The notes under the pieces are model-generated. The model was given only the letters and a program-made list of their open reading frames with translations. It was not told where the DNA came from and made no database searches. From positions 145,204,001-145,268,000 of the forward strand of contig NC_042998.1 in the NCBI RefSeq assembly GCF_006345805.1: 64,000 bases of DNA, in the 5' to 3' direction. The DNA is from Octopus sinensis (lineage: Eukaryota). Shown here piece by piece: positions 49,939 through 64,000 of the stretch. Each line of letters begins with the position of its first letter. Within the stretch, counting starts at the first letter, position 1. A program made the translations under genes and the position numbers.

Positions 49939-50519
49939 CGTGCGCGTATGTATGTATACTAAGTGTGTTACCGATCAAATGACGGGGAGGTTTGGAAGTA
50001 TATATTCGCCATCATGTGTAACATCAGGAAATATTGCATACGTTGAATAATTATAATTCAACTTTTATAAAATTTCTTGGTGCTGATACCGAAGGAAGAA
50101 ATAATACCAATTTTCAAACGAAAAATATTTATTGCCTTGTAATGAAATTAAATGAAATAAATTTCTTATTTGTGAAACCCCTCTGATAAGAAAATGTTAC
50201 TTAAACGTTTTAATTGCTGCTAGCGAGACAGTGAAATTTCGAGAAAGTTTGGAGCAATTTCTAGTTATAGCATAAATCTGCGGAATAATTAGTTTTCATT
50301 AATGTTCAATGCAATGTCGTTGTTTTGTAGCTTGTGAGTAGGTTGCTATACATTATTGTGTATTATTGGGTACAACGTTATTTCCGTTAGAGAGCATTTA
50401 TTAACTTCCGCTCATAGATTACCAATGATCTTTTGGCTGTATCTGTTTTAAGTAAAGAGATAAATTTGTGCTTTTGATAATTTATTTGCAGCACGTGATG
50501 TTTTTTTTTATATAATGAA

Positions 50520-51599
50520 TATTTTCGTTACGATTTGATTTTTCGTCAATTTTAGATTATACAAGCATATATGTCTTTTAGGTGAAAATATTGGTTTCAA
50601 TGTATTTTCTACAATTGAAGTTTATATCTAATAGTTATAAGTCTATATTGATTGATTCCCCTCAGGGTAGGCAAGTAATGTCTGATAGTTAAAGCGATGT
50701 CTTATTCAGGTTGTTTAGATCGTTTTAATTGTGCTTTAAGTATGTCTGTGAAAATTTTCGTTAAGATTTTGATGTTCTAATCAATTATATATCTTTTATA
50801 TGTTTTGAGGTGCGATATTCATTTAGGTATATTTTCGATACTTAAGGTTTAGATTTCATTGTTTTATACTGGTTTATTCCCATGTTGCGTTGTTTTAAGA
50901 CGATTGAAGCCTGATGCTAGTTGACGTTTGGTTCGTGTTTTCGTGTCTGTGTTCTAAATGCCCATCGGTTCGCGTTCTTTAATTAATCTAAATGTCTACA
51001 GTTCTAGTTTGGTAATTACTTAAGTTATTATTATTCTTCGTGTTATGTATTGGTAACGAGTGTTTTCGACTATGCTGAATAATTTTTTTTTATTCTATTT
51101 TGTTCGGTATTTTGTTTTAAATTCTATAATTCTGGGGATTGCAATATCCATTTTGAGAATGTTTTTAGGTTTTCTATATTTTACTTTTTTAATTTCTTTC
51201 CTTCGTAGCCATATATATATAGATATTTGTATTTGTAACAATAAACAGGTGTAGACGCTAACGGTTCGCTTTTGCTTGTCTACTAATTCCCAGACATCGT
51301 TTTTGTTTTCAACACTGTTGACGCTACCCAGTCCCGAAACGATAATGATATCTATTAAGCAGCTGGTGATGGATGTATACGTTTGATGTTCTTGTTGAAT
51401 TTGAATCGTGTCCTGTGTTCCCATAGTTCTAAGTTGTCCTTCATTGAAATTCTAGATCTCATAGGGTTGAACTTGTTTATGAGGATTTTGGTGAATATAT
51501 TATACATTGATATTGTGTAACTCTTCACAACGATTCTAATTCTAGTAAGGGTAATACTTGTTTACGGCTTTCTAGTTCATGAAAGTTTTGTTGCATGCA

Positions 51600-51600
<1 letters not shown>
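50520..51600 (-). mobile_element. Possible PLE N-terminal relic
   Basis: Broken K/N/I/T-rich frames; NNLNKTSL*LSDITCLP*G loosely resembles the PLE NLS..L...E..LL..G motif. Confidence 0.25.
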
Positions 51601-51845
<245 letters not shown>

Positions 51846-52515
51846 GTTTATATAGATTGCCTGTTGTTCGGTACAAATCTAGCTAGTTAATGATTGTTAT
51901 AATATTTAATAGGACACTAGTGAAATAGTAGCGTATCGTTTGGTAAAAGTAGTATCACCCATTTGTCGAACTATAGTCATATATCCCTGGTCAGAACACA
52001 GATTGAGCGGCGTTCAAGGCGAGTAAAGAGAGTTACTGCATTACAAAAATACCACTAACAAATCTCACCACCACTACCATCACCCCCATCCCAACAACAA
52101 GATTAACAACGAATAGGAAAAATCAAAAGCAACAGTTGTCTTGGAAGATAAATCGTTCAATACAATCCTTTGAGAATATCTCTATTTTAAACATGAACAC
52201 ACAAATAAGATGGATTCTCAAGTTATACGTAAATACCAAAATGGCCACGAGAGAACACAACAAACAAAGAGAAGCAAAGCAAAAACGATAAAAACAAATA
52301 TGAAAGCCCCCAGACCTTGAGAGAAAAATAGTACCATGGCAGGATGGTAAATAGTATTTAAATCTTGATGGGCTGAAGATAAAAATATCAAACACTGAGA
52401 GAAAAAACTCTTCAAATTTTGTTTCAAAATCCTGTTGTATATATTTGTATATTAACACGCGTCCACATACAAATATGCATATACACACACATACAATGTA
52501 TATGAATATATATAT

Positions 52516-52547
<32 letters not shown>

Positions 52548-52712
52548 ATTTTTTAACTTAGTTTCAGCTCAAGAGCTGTGGCCATACTGGGGCACTGCCA
52601 TTAAAAGAAACATGCCAACCACCGGATGCCATGTGCATATATATATATATATATAATATACATATATGTGTGGTGTATACATACATACATGTGTGCATAT
52701 ATGTATATTTAC

Positions 52713-52785
<73 letters not shown>

Positions 52786-53039
52786 TATATATATATATAT
52801 GTGTGTATATGTACGTATACATATATCTGAATGCCAGTATGTATGTATTTTACAACCAACATATAATGAGTAAGTTTCCGCCGCCGTAATAGGAAAGATT
52901 CTTATCTTCACACGTATGTATTGAAATTATTTCTTCAAGAAATTGATTTTTTTCCTCCCATTTACTGTGCAGAAAATATATGGGGTTGGAAGTGATATGG
53001 TAGAGGAGACCTTAATGAAACTTAATAAATGAAAAGAGA

Positions 53040-53192
53040 AAGATTGCAGGGAAGAAAAATATGGTAGGGGTAGGGATTAAGAAAGGCAATTTTGAATGTA
53101 AAATGCGGAAGATGAAAGAAAAGGTATTAAGAGAGAAAGGCAAATAAATAGATAGACAGATAGGTAGATTGATAGATAGATAGACAGAGATA

Positions 53193-53228
<36 letters not shown>

Positions 53229-53740
53229 CAGAGGGAGAGGAGAGAGAGAGGGAGGAGGAGAAAGAGACGGGGACAAAAAGAAAGACGGTGGGAGGAAAAA
53301 AAGGAGACAGAATAGAAACGAACAATGGTAAATAAGAAAAGAAATTAGTATTAGGAAATTGTATAGCGGAAGTAAAGAGGAAGAGAAGAGAGTGACAGAG
53401 AGATAGAGAGAAAGAGAGAGTGAGAAAGAGAGTGAAAGAGAGATAAAGAGAAAAAGAGAGAGAGAGAGAAAAAGAGAGTGAATGAGACAGTGAGAGATAG
53501 GGAGAGAGATATAGCGAGCCGAAAGGATATTGAGAGAGGGAGACATATACAGAAAGATAGGAAGGAAGAGAGACAGGTGAGGAATAGAGATAAATAAAAG
53601 AAGAAAGTAATAGCGGGAAATGTATAGCTAGAAGCTGTAGAACAAAAGGAAGAGAGATAATTGAGAAACCGCTAACTACATTGATGTATGGGATGAGATA
53701 GAGAAAGAGATAGACAAACTGTGTGTATCTATATGTACAT

Positions 53741-53792
<52 letters not shown>

Positions 53793-53981
53793 GTACACAC
53801 ACAAATACCGAATTACAAAATGTATGGAAATATGATAATGGGCTATAGTGGTCACGTCGATCGATGGATGGATAGATAGATAGATCGCTCAACATATAAT
53901 AGGCGACTGTGAAAGTGCTCTGCACGAATAAAATGTATGCGCGTATTTCACGCATACACAGTTAGAGAAAGAGAGCGCGAA

Positions 53982-54036
<55 letters not shown>

Positions 54037-54135
54037 AGATAAGCAGAGAAAAATGAGATGGGTAAAGAAAAGAAAGAAAGAGAGGGAGAAAGAGTGAGAG
54101 AGTGAGAGAGAGAGAGAGAGAGAGATGGATGAGAT
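53040..54135 (+). repeat. Purine-rich (GA)n/(GATA)n low-complexity tracts
   Basis: Directly visible; explains the 292-aa S/L-rich minus ORF. Confidence 0.95.
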
Positions 54136-55299
54136 AAATCTGTATTTATGACATATACTCGCTTCATGTAGTCTTTATAGCATTTTTATCGCTCTTTGTC
54201 TTAGTTCCCTTGTGATTTCCGAATATTAAGAGTTAACTGAAGAAAACGTTAAAAAAAAAAACAAGAAAAACAGCAACAAATAATTCAACAATACAACAAC
54301 CAGATGTGTGAGTGTGAATAGAAAACTATTAAATAAACTAACACCATTTTAAATATTTAATGGAAGAAAGGAAATGAAGAATGAACGTGATTACATAATA
54401 ACCAAACGGGAACATATAATTGTTGCAATTCGAAATACTTTTAAAACGTTGATGTATTCTTCTATTGTTTAAAATCTGGCTGTGGTACATAGATATTTCC
54501 ATATCCAGTTCACATAGGATTCAAGATGGAAGCTTTCACTATAGATATTTATGATTAGGTTTTGAAAAATTTTCAATCTTTTCGTTTATTTTTCATTTTT
54601 GCGCGTGTTTTTTTTCGTTTGCATGTGTACATGTGTATATATATGTGTTTTGTTTAATTCTTTTCTTTTTTAATTTTCGTGTTTCCTATTGTGAATGCAA
54701 ATATGAAATGCCTTTGTGTGTCAAATGTAATAAATATGCAGGTAGAATAGAAAAGAGAAGATGCATCACTTAACATTTATATGCATTGAAAGTAGAAAAA
54801 GCAAGAAGATAGAGCCATTGGCAGACGATAATTTTTCCTGTCGATAATTATTTGAAATAAAGTAAAAGGAAAAAGAAAGTCAACGTAAATCTTCACTCAC
54901 AATAATTCCTAAGAATTCAAGCATCATTATGGTGAGTGCAGCTACACACACATACACATACGCATATGCAAATACACAGACGCTCATATGCATACATACA
55001 CGCTTATATGTAAATGTGTTTGCGTGTGTGTATGCTTTATGTGTAATCATACACACACACACACACATATATATATTCATATTTATATTCATATATGTAT
55101 ATAATTATATAAATATGTATTATATATATATATGTGTATGTATATTTATATATGTATATATATATATACATATACATACATATACATATGTATGTATATA
55201 AATGTATATACATAAACATACATATACATACATACATACATACATATATATATTTATCTGCTGGGCAAACATCTGATGCAGGGCAAACATCTGATATGA

Positions 55300-55515
55300 T
55301 GTTTAATGGTCTCAATATACTTGAACTCAGATAATAAAATGAGATCTGGAGGTCTCTTCAGCCATTTCGGAAATTTCCTATATCTTCATATAAGTTCATT
55401 TCTCTTGTTACTGGGTATAATGTCTAGGTGTGAGAGAGTGATCCTGATGTGCATACAACTCTTTCTTACTAGACTAGATAAGAAAATACTGGAGTCCAAG
55501 CTCTCAGACAGGTAT
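55300..55515 (-). mobile_element. Possible PLE C-terminal relic
   Basis: Minus SNKRNELI*RYRK resembles LNKRNELISKCRH. Confidence 0.25.
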
Positions 55516-55522
55516 AAATTTC

Positions 55523-55588
<66 letters not shown>

Positions 55589-55724
55589 TATATATGGCAC
55601 TTCGTTTAAATTGATGTGATGATTGCATTGTTCAATTGAATGGAGTCGCTTGATACGGTCGTACTGCATCACTACTTGATATCCTGTTGCTTATTTTGAT
55701 ATATATGATTATATGTATATATAT

Positions 55725-55811
<87 letters not shown>

Positions 55812-57458
55812 TATATACATAAACACATACATACACACACTCGCACACACACACATATATATAATCTATAGTGTACTTGGTACGACAATTTTTAAGAGAG
55901 AACCTATACATTTTAGAACAATAACTTTTATTTTGTTATTCAAAGGTTCAAATCTTCACAATGATACACTTAGTTTCAGCTCACATAAGAATCTTCAGAC
56001 GGTGTAATTTTCTGAAATGGAAGTCATACGTATAAGGGATGAGTTTACCTCAAAGGAGGTGTGCAGAGTTTTGTTGTTTATTTGTGGTTTGTATTTCTAT
56101 GTATGTTAGTGAAGGTGTGTGGTCATGAGACGGTTGCACAAGGTATGTATGAAATTGTTTGGACAAAAGTTTGTTTCAGCTATTACAAAATAAAGTCAGA
56201 AAAGTTTAATTTGTCAGTCAAAGAGGTGGCAATAAAAAAAAGGTGAAGAAACGTGACTGTGAGTAAGAAACGAATTTTGCGCGGATTAAACATTGGCGAA
56301 AGTTACTCTCCGTTTTTTATCAAAAGGAACAAGAAAGAAAAATCTCTAACATTCAACTAGTAAAAATTAAATGGTGATATAAAGGTGGGTGGGGGATGTG
56401 TTTGAACTTTGACAGTGACAACTTCAGACATGTTTAAATGTTATTAAACCTCTTCATCTGACCATACTTAACATATAGACACCAAGACTTGAGAATGTCT
56501 CATCAACATAGTTTTTTTGTGAGTGTGAAAATACTTCACTTATCAAGTAAATTTAAACAAAGAATTTGAAATATTTTCTAAGTGCTTTTCCTCATGGATA
56601 ACATCTAGTGTAGCCGATCATAGTTGAGGTGTTGAACTGAAGATATAGTTTAATCAACCGAAATTACAACCGTAATTAAAAGAACAGTGTTTAGCGTTGA
56701 CTAAAATTATTCTCAAAACAAGAAAAGGGAGAGAACTAATATGTTCCACTGGTGATATATTTAACTGACAGCACTGAATAGTGGAAGCATTATGGCATTT
56801 GTTTCTATTGCAATTCTGTGCTTTCATTTGTCGGGGAATGCTAATTTTGAGAGAATAGCGTCTTTTCCTGGCTGGTATTTATTTCTCATCCGCTTATTAC
56901 TACCGTTTATTTGTCATATGAATACTACTGTACAATTGTCATTTATGTTAAGTGAAGTGTGATGGAAATGTTGGTATACGGAAAATAAATGTATGTATTC
57001 ATGCATGCGTGCATGTATGTATGTATGTATGTATGTATGTATGTATGTATGTATGTATGTATGTAGTATGTATGTATGTATGTGTGAATATATGTACACA
57101 TGTATGAATGTCTATATGTGTTTATGTGGGAATATACGCATGTACGTGCATATATGTATGTATGAATGCATGCATGTTTGTATATGAATGTGCGTGTGTG
57201 CGTGTGTGTGCGTGTGTGCATGTCTGTGTGTGTGTGCGTGTGTGTGTGTGTGAATGTATCATTCCAGTTTTAGTATATGTATTACCGAAGTAATACAGTG
57301 TGCGTGAATGTATAAATATCATAAAAGTAAATGACTATATATTATTATATACACGGATATTGGAAACTGTGTATGTATGAATGTACGTATATACATAAAC
57401 ACATATATATGTTTATACATGTATATGTGTATATATATGCATATATATGTATTTACAT

Positions 57459-57498
<40 letters not shown>

Positions 57499-57528
57499 TC
57501 ACCTTCATATATATATATATATATATAT

Positions 57529-57566
<38 letters not shown>

Positions 57567-57929
57567 CATATATATATATATATATATATACATTGTTACC
57601 TGTATATATACATATATATATATAACACTCACACACACACACAGAAATACACATATACACATACCAATGTTTATAATCTGCATACATATATCTACATTTT
57701 CAAGTAGTTATACCTACAAGCTCATATGAATATATAATTATACAAAATAGCATTTATGCAGGAATATTTTTATCAGAGTAAACCCCGTTTTTCTCCTTTT
57801 CCATATAGCTTGTGTGATATAAAGCTACTTTATACTGCACAAAACGCAATATATATATACATTGTTAATGTATAAACCTTGTTAATATGAACGTTTAATA
57901 TAACTAATTAATATTAATATTTCTGTTAA

Positions 57930-58400
57930 TGTGAAAACGAAAGAAGTTGCAGATAGGTATTTGGTTGTTAGAACGGATATCGTTAGGAAGGAGAGAAGGT
58001 CAGGTAGACCCAGGAAAAGCAATGCAGCCATGTACACGGATAATTCCCTTTTATTCGTCTCATTCTCCAGTTTCATTGTCATTCTTTCGTTGATGGATTC
58101 TCCTGTCGTAAACGACAGATGAGTATTCCGCAAATTTATGTTGAATAACCTGCATAGAAGACTTGTTTTATAGTGATAAAATGTTTGTGATGTACATTAG
58201 GTCATTCCTTCCATGAAATGGACATTGCCTGTACAAGTGTATAGTGTGTAACACGTCAGATATTGAAATGATCGTAGAGAGGCATGGAAATAGTGTTTTA
58301 GCTCATAGACACAACGCACCACATAGTCCGGGAAAAGAAACTGCGATCTTGCCATCGAAAGTACAACACCCTGCCCACACCACGTTGATGCAGGATCCAT
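57930..58400 (+). mobile_element. Possible DDE transposase relic (GH[ST]-x-x-x-x-D motif type, Sola-like)
   Basis: MYTDNS (cf. LYSDNC) at 58030 and LGHSFHEMD at 58197 (cf. GHT.MEVD); heavily broken. Confidence 0.3.
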
Positions 58401-58876
58401 AAAATAAGGACTACTGATACTTTGAAATCAATTCATCGGAATGTCAACCTTCTCGTTCAAACATTGGTAAGGTACCAAATGAAAAGAAATATGATTTGGT
58501 TTGTTTTGAATAAGTAGACATTTGTCGTTATTTGTTAGGGAAGACAGAGGAAAGACTATTTCATCTGCTTATTACGTTGTTGTTGTTATTGTTATTTTGC
58601 TATTGTTGTTGTTTATCGTTGATTTAGCTCTGACATAGCAAACTTATGATTAACAGCGTTCCAGCCATGACGACCACAGTTATATTTGTGTGTACCTAAG
58701 ATTAAACTATTTGAGAAGGATTTGAGAGGGAATTGAATGGCAGTTAAATTTCGTGGTTCAGATAACTGCGGAGATCAGCCGTTGAGTTGGGTTTGTAAAT
58801 GGTATTTAAGAGGCAAGAGAGAGATAAAGATAGAAAGATGGATAAACAGAGAGATTGATAGATACAGAGATAGACT

Positions 58877-58928
<52 letters not shown>

Positions 58929-58934
58929 CACGCA

Positions 58935-59098
58935 CATCAAGTTTTGGTATAAGACAGCAATTTTGAGGGAAGGGGAGGTCGATTACATCGGCTCCAGTAC
59001 TCAACTGGTACTTATTTATCGAACTCTGAACGTAAAGACAGACGAAATGCCGCAAATCATTTTGCCCGGCGTGCTAACGATTCTGCCAGCTCGCCGCC

Positions 59099-59100
<2 letters not shown>
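58935..59100 (-). mobile_element. SINE family B
   Basis: ...TTTGCCCGGCGTGCTAACGATTCTGCCAGCTCGCCGCC on plus. Confidence 0.88.
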
Positions 59101-59153
<53 letters not shown>

Positions 59154-59159
59154 GTAATG

Positions 59160-59262
59160 GCTATAATAGAAGATAATTTCCCAAGGTGCCGCGCAGTGGA
59201 ACTGAACAAAAAATTCACGTGGCTGCAAAGCACGTCTTAACAACACAGCCACGTCTACGCCT
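59160..59262 (-). mobile_element. SINE family A, head fragment
   Basis: CCCAAGGTGCCGCGCAGTGGAACTGAAC...ACACAGCCACGTCTACGCCT. Confidence 0.8.
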
Positions 59263-59448
59263 AAAAAAAATGGTTGAAAGACTTATCTCCCTTATTTGTT
59301 AACTATGACATCCCGTTCTTCTGCCTCAAGTATTCCCTAAAACAATGAACGTTGAAAACTGTTGTACCATTCCACATGTTGTATATTTTCTCTTTTATGT
59401 TCCATCTCATGTTTTTCTATAACTAGATTGGATTGGCTTTAAGCGTAC

Positions 59449-59566
59449 CATAAATACATAGATATCTGCCGTTAAGCTTTTTAAATTCCTCTCCATTTTA
59501 ATCCACTGTTTAGCAACGACCTTCATGGTTTGTCTTTTTTTGAATGAACTTTCACTGAGTAATGCG
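59449..59566 (-). CDS. Candidate exon (118 nt), product unknown
   Basis: tttcgttttgttttag|C GCA TTA...TTT ATG|gtacgc; open frame ALLSESSFKKRQTMKVVAKQWIKMERNLKSLTADIYVFM; the other two frames are closed. Confidence 0.25.
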
Positions 59567-59839
59567 CTAAAACAAAACGAAATCTGAATAATAATAATGC
59601 TCATGATGCTGCTGCTGCTGCCGCTGCTGTTGCTTTTGATAAGAATAAATATAATGATAACAATAATGATGATGATGATGATAAGAAGGATGAAAATGAT
59701 ATGGAGGAAGAGGAACTTGAAAAACAAAGCTGATAGCATCAGAGTCGTATCGTGAACTTGCAGGCAGACTATTGAATGGCACTAACACCAATTCCAGTAT
59801 CAACGTTGCCAATCTCATAATCCACATGCTCCCCATCCT

Positions 59840-60055
59840 CCCCTTCCTCCCCTTCTCCTCCTCCCCCTCATCATCATCACTATCATCACCACCACCATCA
59901 TCCTCACCACCACCACCATCAAACCACCACCACCACCACCACCACCACCACCGTCGTCACCGTCGTCGTCGTCATCGTCATCGTCATCATCATCATCATC
60001 ATCATCATCATCTTCATCATCATCATCATCATCATTGTCGTCGTCGTCATCATGG
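59840..60055. repeat. (CAT)/(CAC)/(CGT) trinucleotide array
   Basis: Directly visible. Confidence 0.95.
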
Positions 60056-60564
60056 GGAAAAAAAGATTATTGTTGTTTTTACGGTTGTAGTGGCTTTTTT
60101 CACTGGTTACACTAATATATAATTGTATGTACACACACACACACTCATACATACATATATACATATATATATGTATATACGTATATGCATCTATATGTAT
60201 GTTTATATGTGTGTGTGTGTGTATATATATATATACATGTATGAATATACATCTATGTGTGTGTGTGTATGTATGTAAGTGTGCATGGGCATACAAACAC
60301 ACACGTATAGACTCACATCAACCCATACAAACCCAGAATATTTTCCCAGAATCCCTGTTATATTCTATAATCTGGTCTTCATCAACTTAATCCTTCCTGA
60401 CTTCATCTATCTACTGTTTCATTTTATTTATTTATTTATTTATTCATTTATTCATTTGTTTATTTACCGATATTTCCTTATATATTATATTCGATGTAGA
60501 TGTTTTTTTTTCTAAAATCGAATTGCGTTTGATAAAAAATTTTGGAAAAAAGTGGTATATATAT

Positions 60565-61157
60565 TTTTTAATGAAAAAGAGTGTGAGGGAATGAGTGAAA
60601 GAATAGGAGAGAGAGAGAGAGAATTATAGAGATAGAGTAATAGAAAGAAAGAAAGATAGATAGATAGATTGATAGAGAAAGATGGGTGTAAGCTTTAAAT
60701 GAAAGAGTGAAAGAATGTGTGTGTGAGAGAGACAGAGACAGAGTGAAAGGGAAGAAGAGAGAAAGAGTGATTATGAGACTGAGAGAAAGAGAGAGGGAGA
60801 GAAAGAAAAGCCTGAAATGAGAGAAGGAAGGAGAGAATGTATGTGAGAGAGTTATAGATTATGAGAAGAGTAAGCAAAAGTGAGGGAAAGCGAGAAGTGT
60901 GTCTCAGAGAGTGAGAGTGTGAGAGAGTAATAGTGTGAGTGGGGGGAATGAGAGAGTTTGTGTGTGTGTGTGTCTTTGCGCGTGAGAGAGAGAGAGAGGG
61001 AGGGAGAGAAACTGAGAATAAAAAACTTAAACTTGAAAGAAAGGGTCATAGAGAAAGAGATAGAAAGAGGGAGAGAAAGAAAGATAGAGTAAGAAAAACT
61101 GAGAATGGAAGAAATAGAGGAATGTTAAAAAAAAAAAGGTGGAGTGAGAATGAGAGC

Positions 61158-61195
<38 letters not shown>

Positions 61196-61384
61196 ATGGA
61201 AGAGAGAGAGAGAGAAAGAATGGAAGAGAGAGAGAGAGAGAGAAACAAAGAGAGAGCGAGATTGAGAACCAGGAAGATGAAGAGAGAGGTTGGGGAATGA
61301 GAAAAAAAAGTGTCTTTGAAATAGAGAAGGTGGAAGATTTTTAAGAGTTGAATAACAAAATTGGGAATATGGGGGAACAACAAC

Positions 61385-61390
<6 letters not shown>
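60565..61390 (+). repeat. Long purine-skewed (GA)-rich low-complexity tract
   Basis: Directly visible. Confidence 0.92.
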
Positions 61391-61965
<575 letters not shown>

Positions 61966-62344
61966 TAAAAAACCTGAGTGAAATTTCAGGTGACGTGTTT
62001 ATTCGGTAAAGTGTGCTACTGCGAAAAATTACAAAAATGTCTCCAACACGACAGCGTTGGTTTATTTATTTATTTTTATATTTTTCTCATTTTTCAGAAA
62101 AGTTTTAAAATAAAAATATATAGATATAAATAAACAAATAAATAAGGAAATAGGCAAACAAATGAATACGCAATCAAGCCTTTTTCAAAAAAGTAATTCT
62201 AAGTCACCACGTTAGTAGTATTAGCAGCAGCAATGGTAGTTATTGTGTATTTTAGTTTCATAGATTGGGACTAAATACGAGACACCCACTTCAGTGTGTG
62301 TGTATATGTGTGTGTATGCATGTATGTATGCTTATGTCTGTCTG

Positions 62345-62479
<135 letters not shown>

Positions 62480-62505
62480 GTCTGTCTGTCTGTCTGTCTG
62501 TCTGC

Positions 62506-62543
<38 letters not shown>

Positions 62544-62599
62544 ATCTATCTCGTTCTACATACACACACACATAACATACATACATACATATGCATATA

Positions 62600-62660
<61 letters not shown>

Positions 62661-62661
62661 T

Positions 62662-62701
<40 letters not shown>

Positions 62702-62986
62702 TGTGTGAATGTGAATACATACCGAGTAAAAGATTGCACAGAAGGGCAAAAAAAGAACACTGAAAAATCACACACGAGACGCGGACATGTTCATCGCACA
62801 TCAGTTATCGGCCCCAAATCATTTCAATTTCGAGCCATTATCGATACATACATACATACATACATACATACATACATACATACATACATACATACATACT
62901 GACATTGAAACTCACGAATACAGACATACACACAAACTTTGATGCAGAGACGTTTAGAAAACACACTCGTCCGTACATACACTCAC

Positions 62987-63139
62987 CCCCTCTGGTTGTT
63001 TCTTTGGCTGCTCCTCCGATTGTCCTTCCTCTAACTACTCTTCTATGACGGTCTCCGGGGAAAAAAGTTCAATGGTTTTTTGGAAGAGTTTTAACTGACT
63101 CTAGAGTGAGTTCTGTTCATTATTTGGAAAATAACCAGT
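62987..63139 (-). other. Candidate 153-nt exon with consensus splice sites; no fully open frame
   Basis: gaaattttgtttcag|ACTGG...GAGGGG|gtgagt; frame 0 has two TAG codons, the other frames also close. Confidence 0.35.
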
Positions 63140-63679
63140 CTGAAACAAAATTTCAGAGATTCACAGACCATGACTGTATAGTTTCACTATTCATAACATT
63201 GATTTAAAATGTCTGTTAGTTTTGGCACAGTACATTTGCAATTTATGTGTGTATTTAGCAAATTAAGGCGATGAATTGTCGGTGTTAGTAGATCTAATGG
63301 ATGGAATGCCACACGCTCTGAGTTCAAATCCCTCCAATATCAACTTTGTCTTTGTTTTTCTTTTTGGTAATGAGAAAAGGTACTAATCCAGAAGAGAGGA
63401 GTGATAGAACAGTAAGAGAGTCGGCCAAGGTACCTTGTGGTATTTCTTCTGACTTTTGGCGTTCCGTTAGCAATTCTTGTGATGAGATTGGTGTCAGGCT
63501 GTATTTTCCCGAATTGGCGGCTTTTTCCTTAGATAAACATAAGTAGCATGGTGAGAGGTGACTTGCCTGTATAGGTAATTGTCAGTCGTATAAAAATGTC
63601 TTGCTCAGGCCTCCACACACATGTAGAGATGCACAGTGAAATTTGACAGTTGGTGGTCCCTATATATTCAATTTGTTTT

Positions 63680-63818
63680 GTATTATACAGACAAGAAGGT
63701 AATATTTCGAACATTGTATAGTGGTAAAAACATCAGAAAGACCGGATACTATTACCCTTATAAGCCTTTTTCACGGTTATACTGCGTCCGAAATATTACC
63801 TTCTTGTTTGTATAATAC
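63680..63818. repeat. 30-bp inverted repeat, 79-nt spacer
   Basis: 63680-63709 versus 63789-63818, 29/30 complementary. Confidence 0.88.
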
Positions 63819-63900
63819 GATATGATTTCGACTCTTCTAAAAAACAAAGTATGTCTGTTTACATATGTTGTTGTTGCATTCAGTTTGTTTTATTTCTTAG

Positions 63901-64000
63901 AGAACGATCATCTCCACGACCATTTCAAACTGTAACAGACCGACCATGTTTAACTCTAACTTCAGGAAGTTGGTACCTCTGGAAAGCAAAGGCGTAGAAC
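63901..64000 (+). CDS. Candidate exon running off the window end
   Basis: Strong acceptor gtttgttttatttcttag|; frame RTIISTTISNCNRPTMFNSNFRKLVPLESKGVE is open to the edge. Confidence 0.2.

Noticed and set aside
53077-53955. Longest ORF in the window (292 aa, minus)
   Set aside because: Reverse complement of a (GA)-rich tract; S/L/F low complexity, no domain.

Overview
Eukaryotic, AT-rich, repeat-saturated genomic DNA, most likely a coleoid cephalopod (Octopus). That assignment is an inference from the extreme (AT)n/(CA)n/(ATAC)n/(AAT)n/(GA)n density and from tRNA-head SINE families I recall from octopus. Almost all ORFs in the supplied track are microsatellite read-throughs, and I cannot identify a host gene with confidence. 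The window holds a stack of decayed mobile elements: several Penelope-like elements (PLEs, GIY-YIG), R4/Dong-type RLE LINE fragments, an L1/Tx1-type APE fragment, Tc1 and DD41D (rosa-type) transposase relics, two hAT relics, mariner-type and GGGATC-TIR MITEs, three tRNA-derived SINE families, and a 554-bp (AAT)n-tailed non-coding element in three near-identical copies. The most notable signal is a set of minimal hammerhead ribozyme (HHR) motifs at PLE 3' ends. Two have the canonical CUGANGA core. Four others, in different-looking PLE remnants, start the core with UUGANA, which is the compensatory U3-A8 swap of the C3-G8 tertiary pair. Other leads are an RT-deleted but endonuclease-retaining PLE, several near-perfect inverted repeats (candidate dsRNA), a consensus RFX X-box, and weak candidate exons on both strands. 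All alignments were done by eye. Coordinates of decayed repeats are approximate. Single-base slips in microsatellites suggest long-read assembly noise, so some frameshifts may be artefacts.
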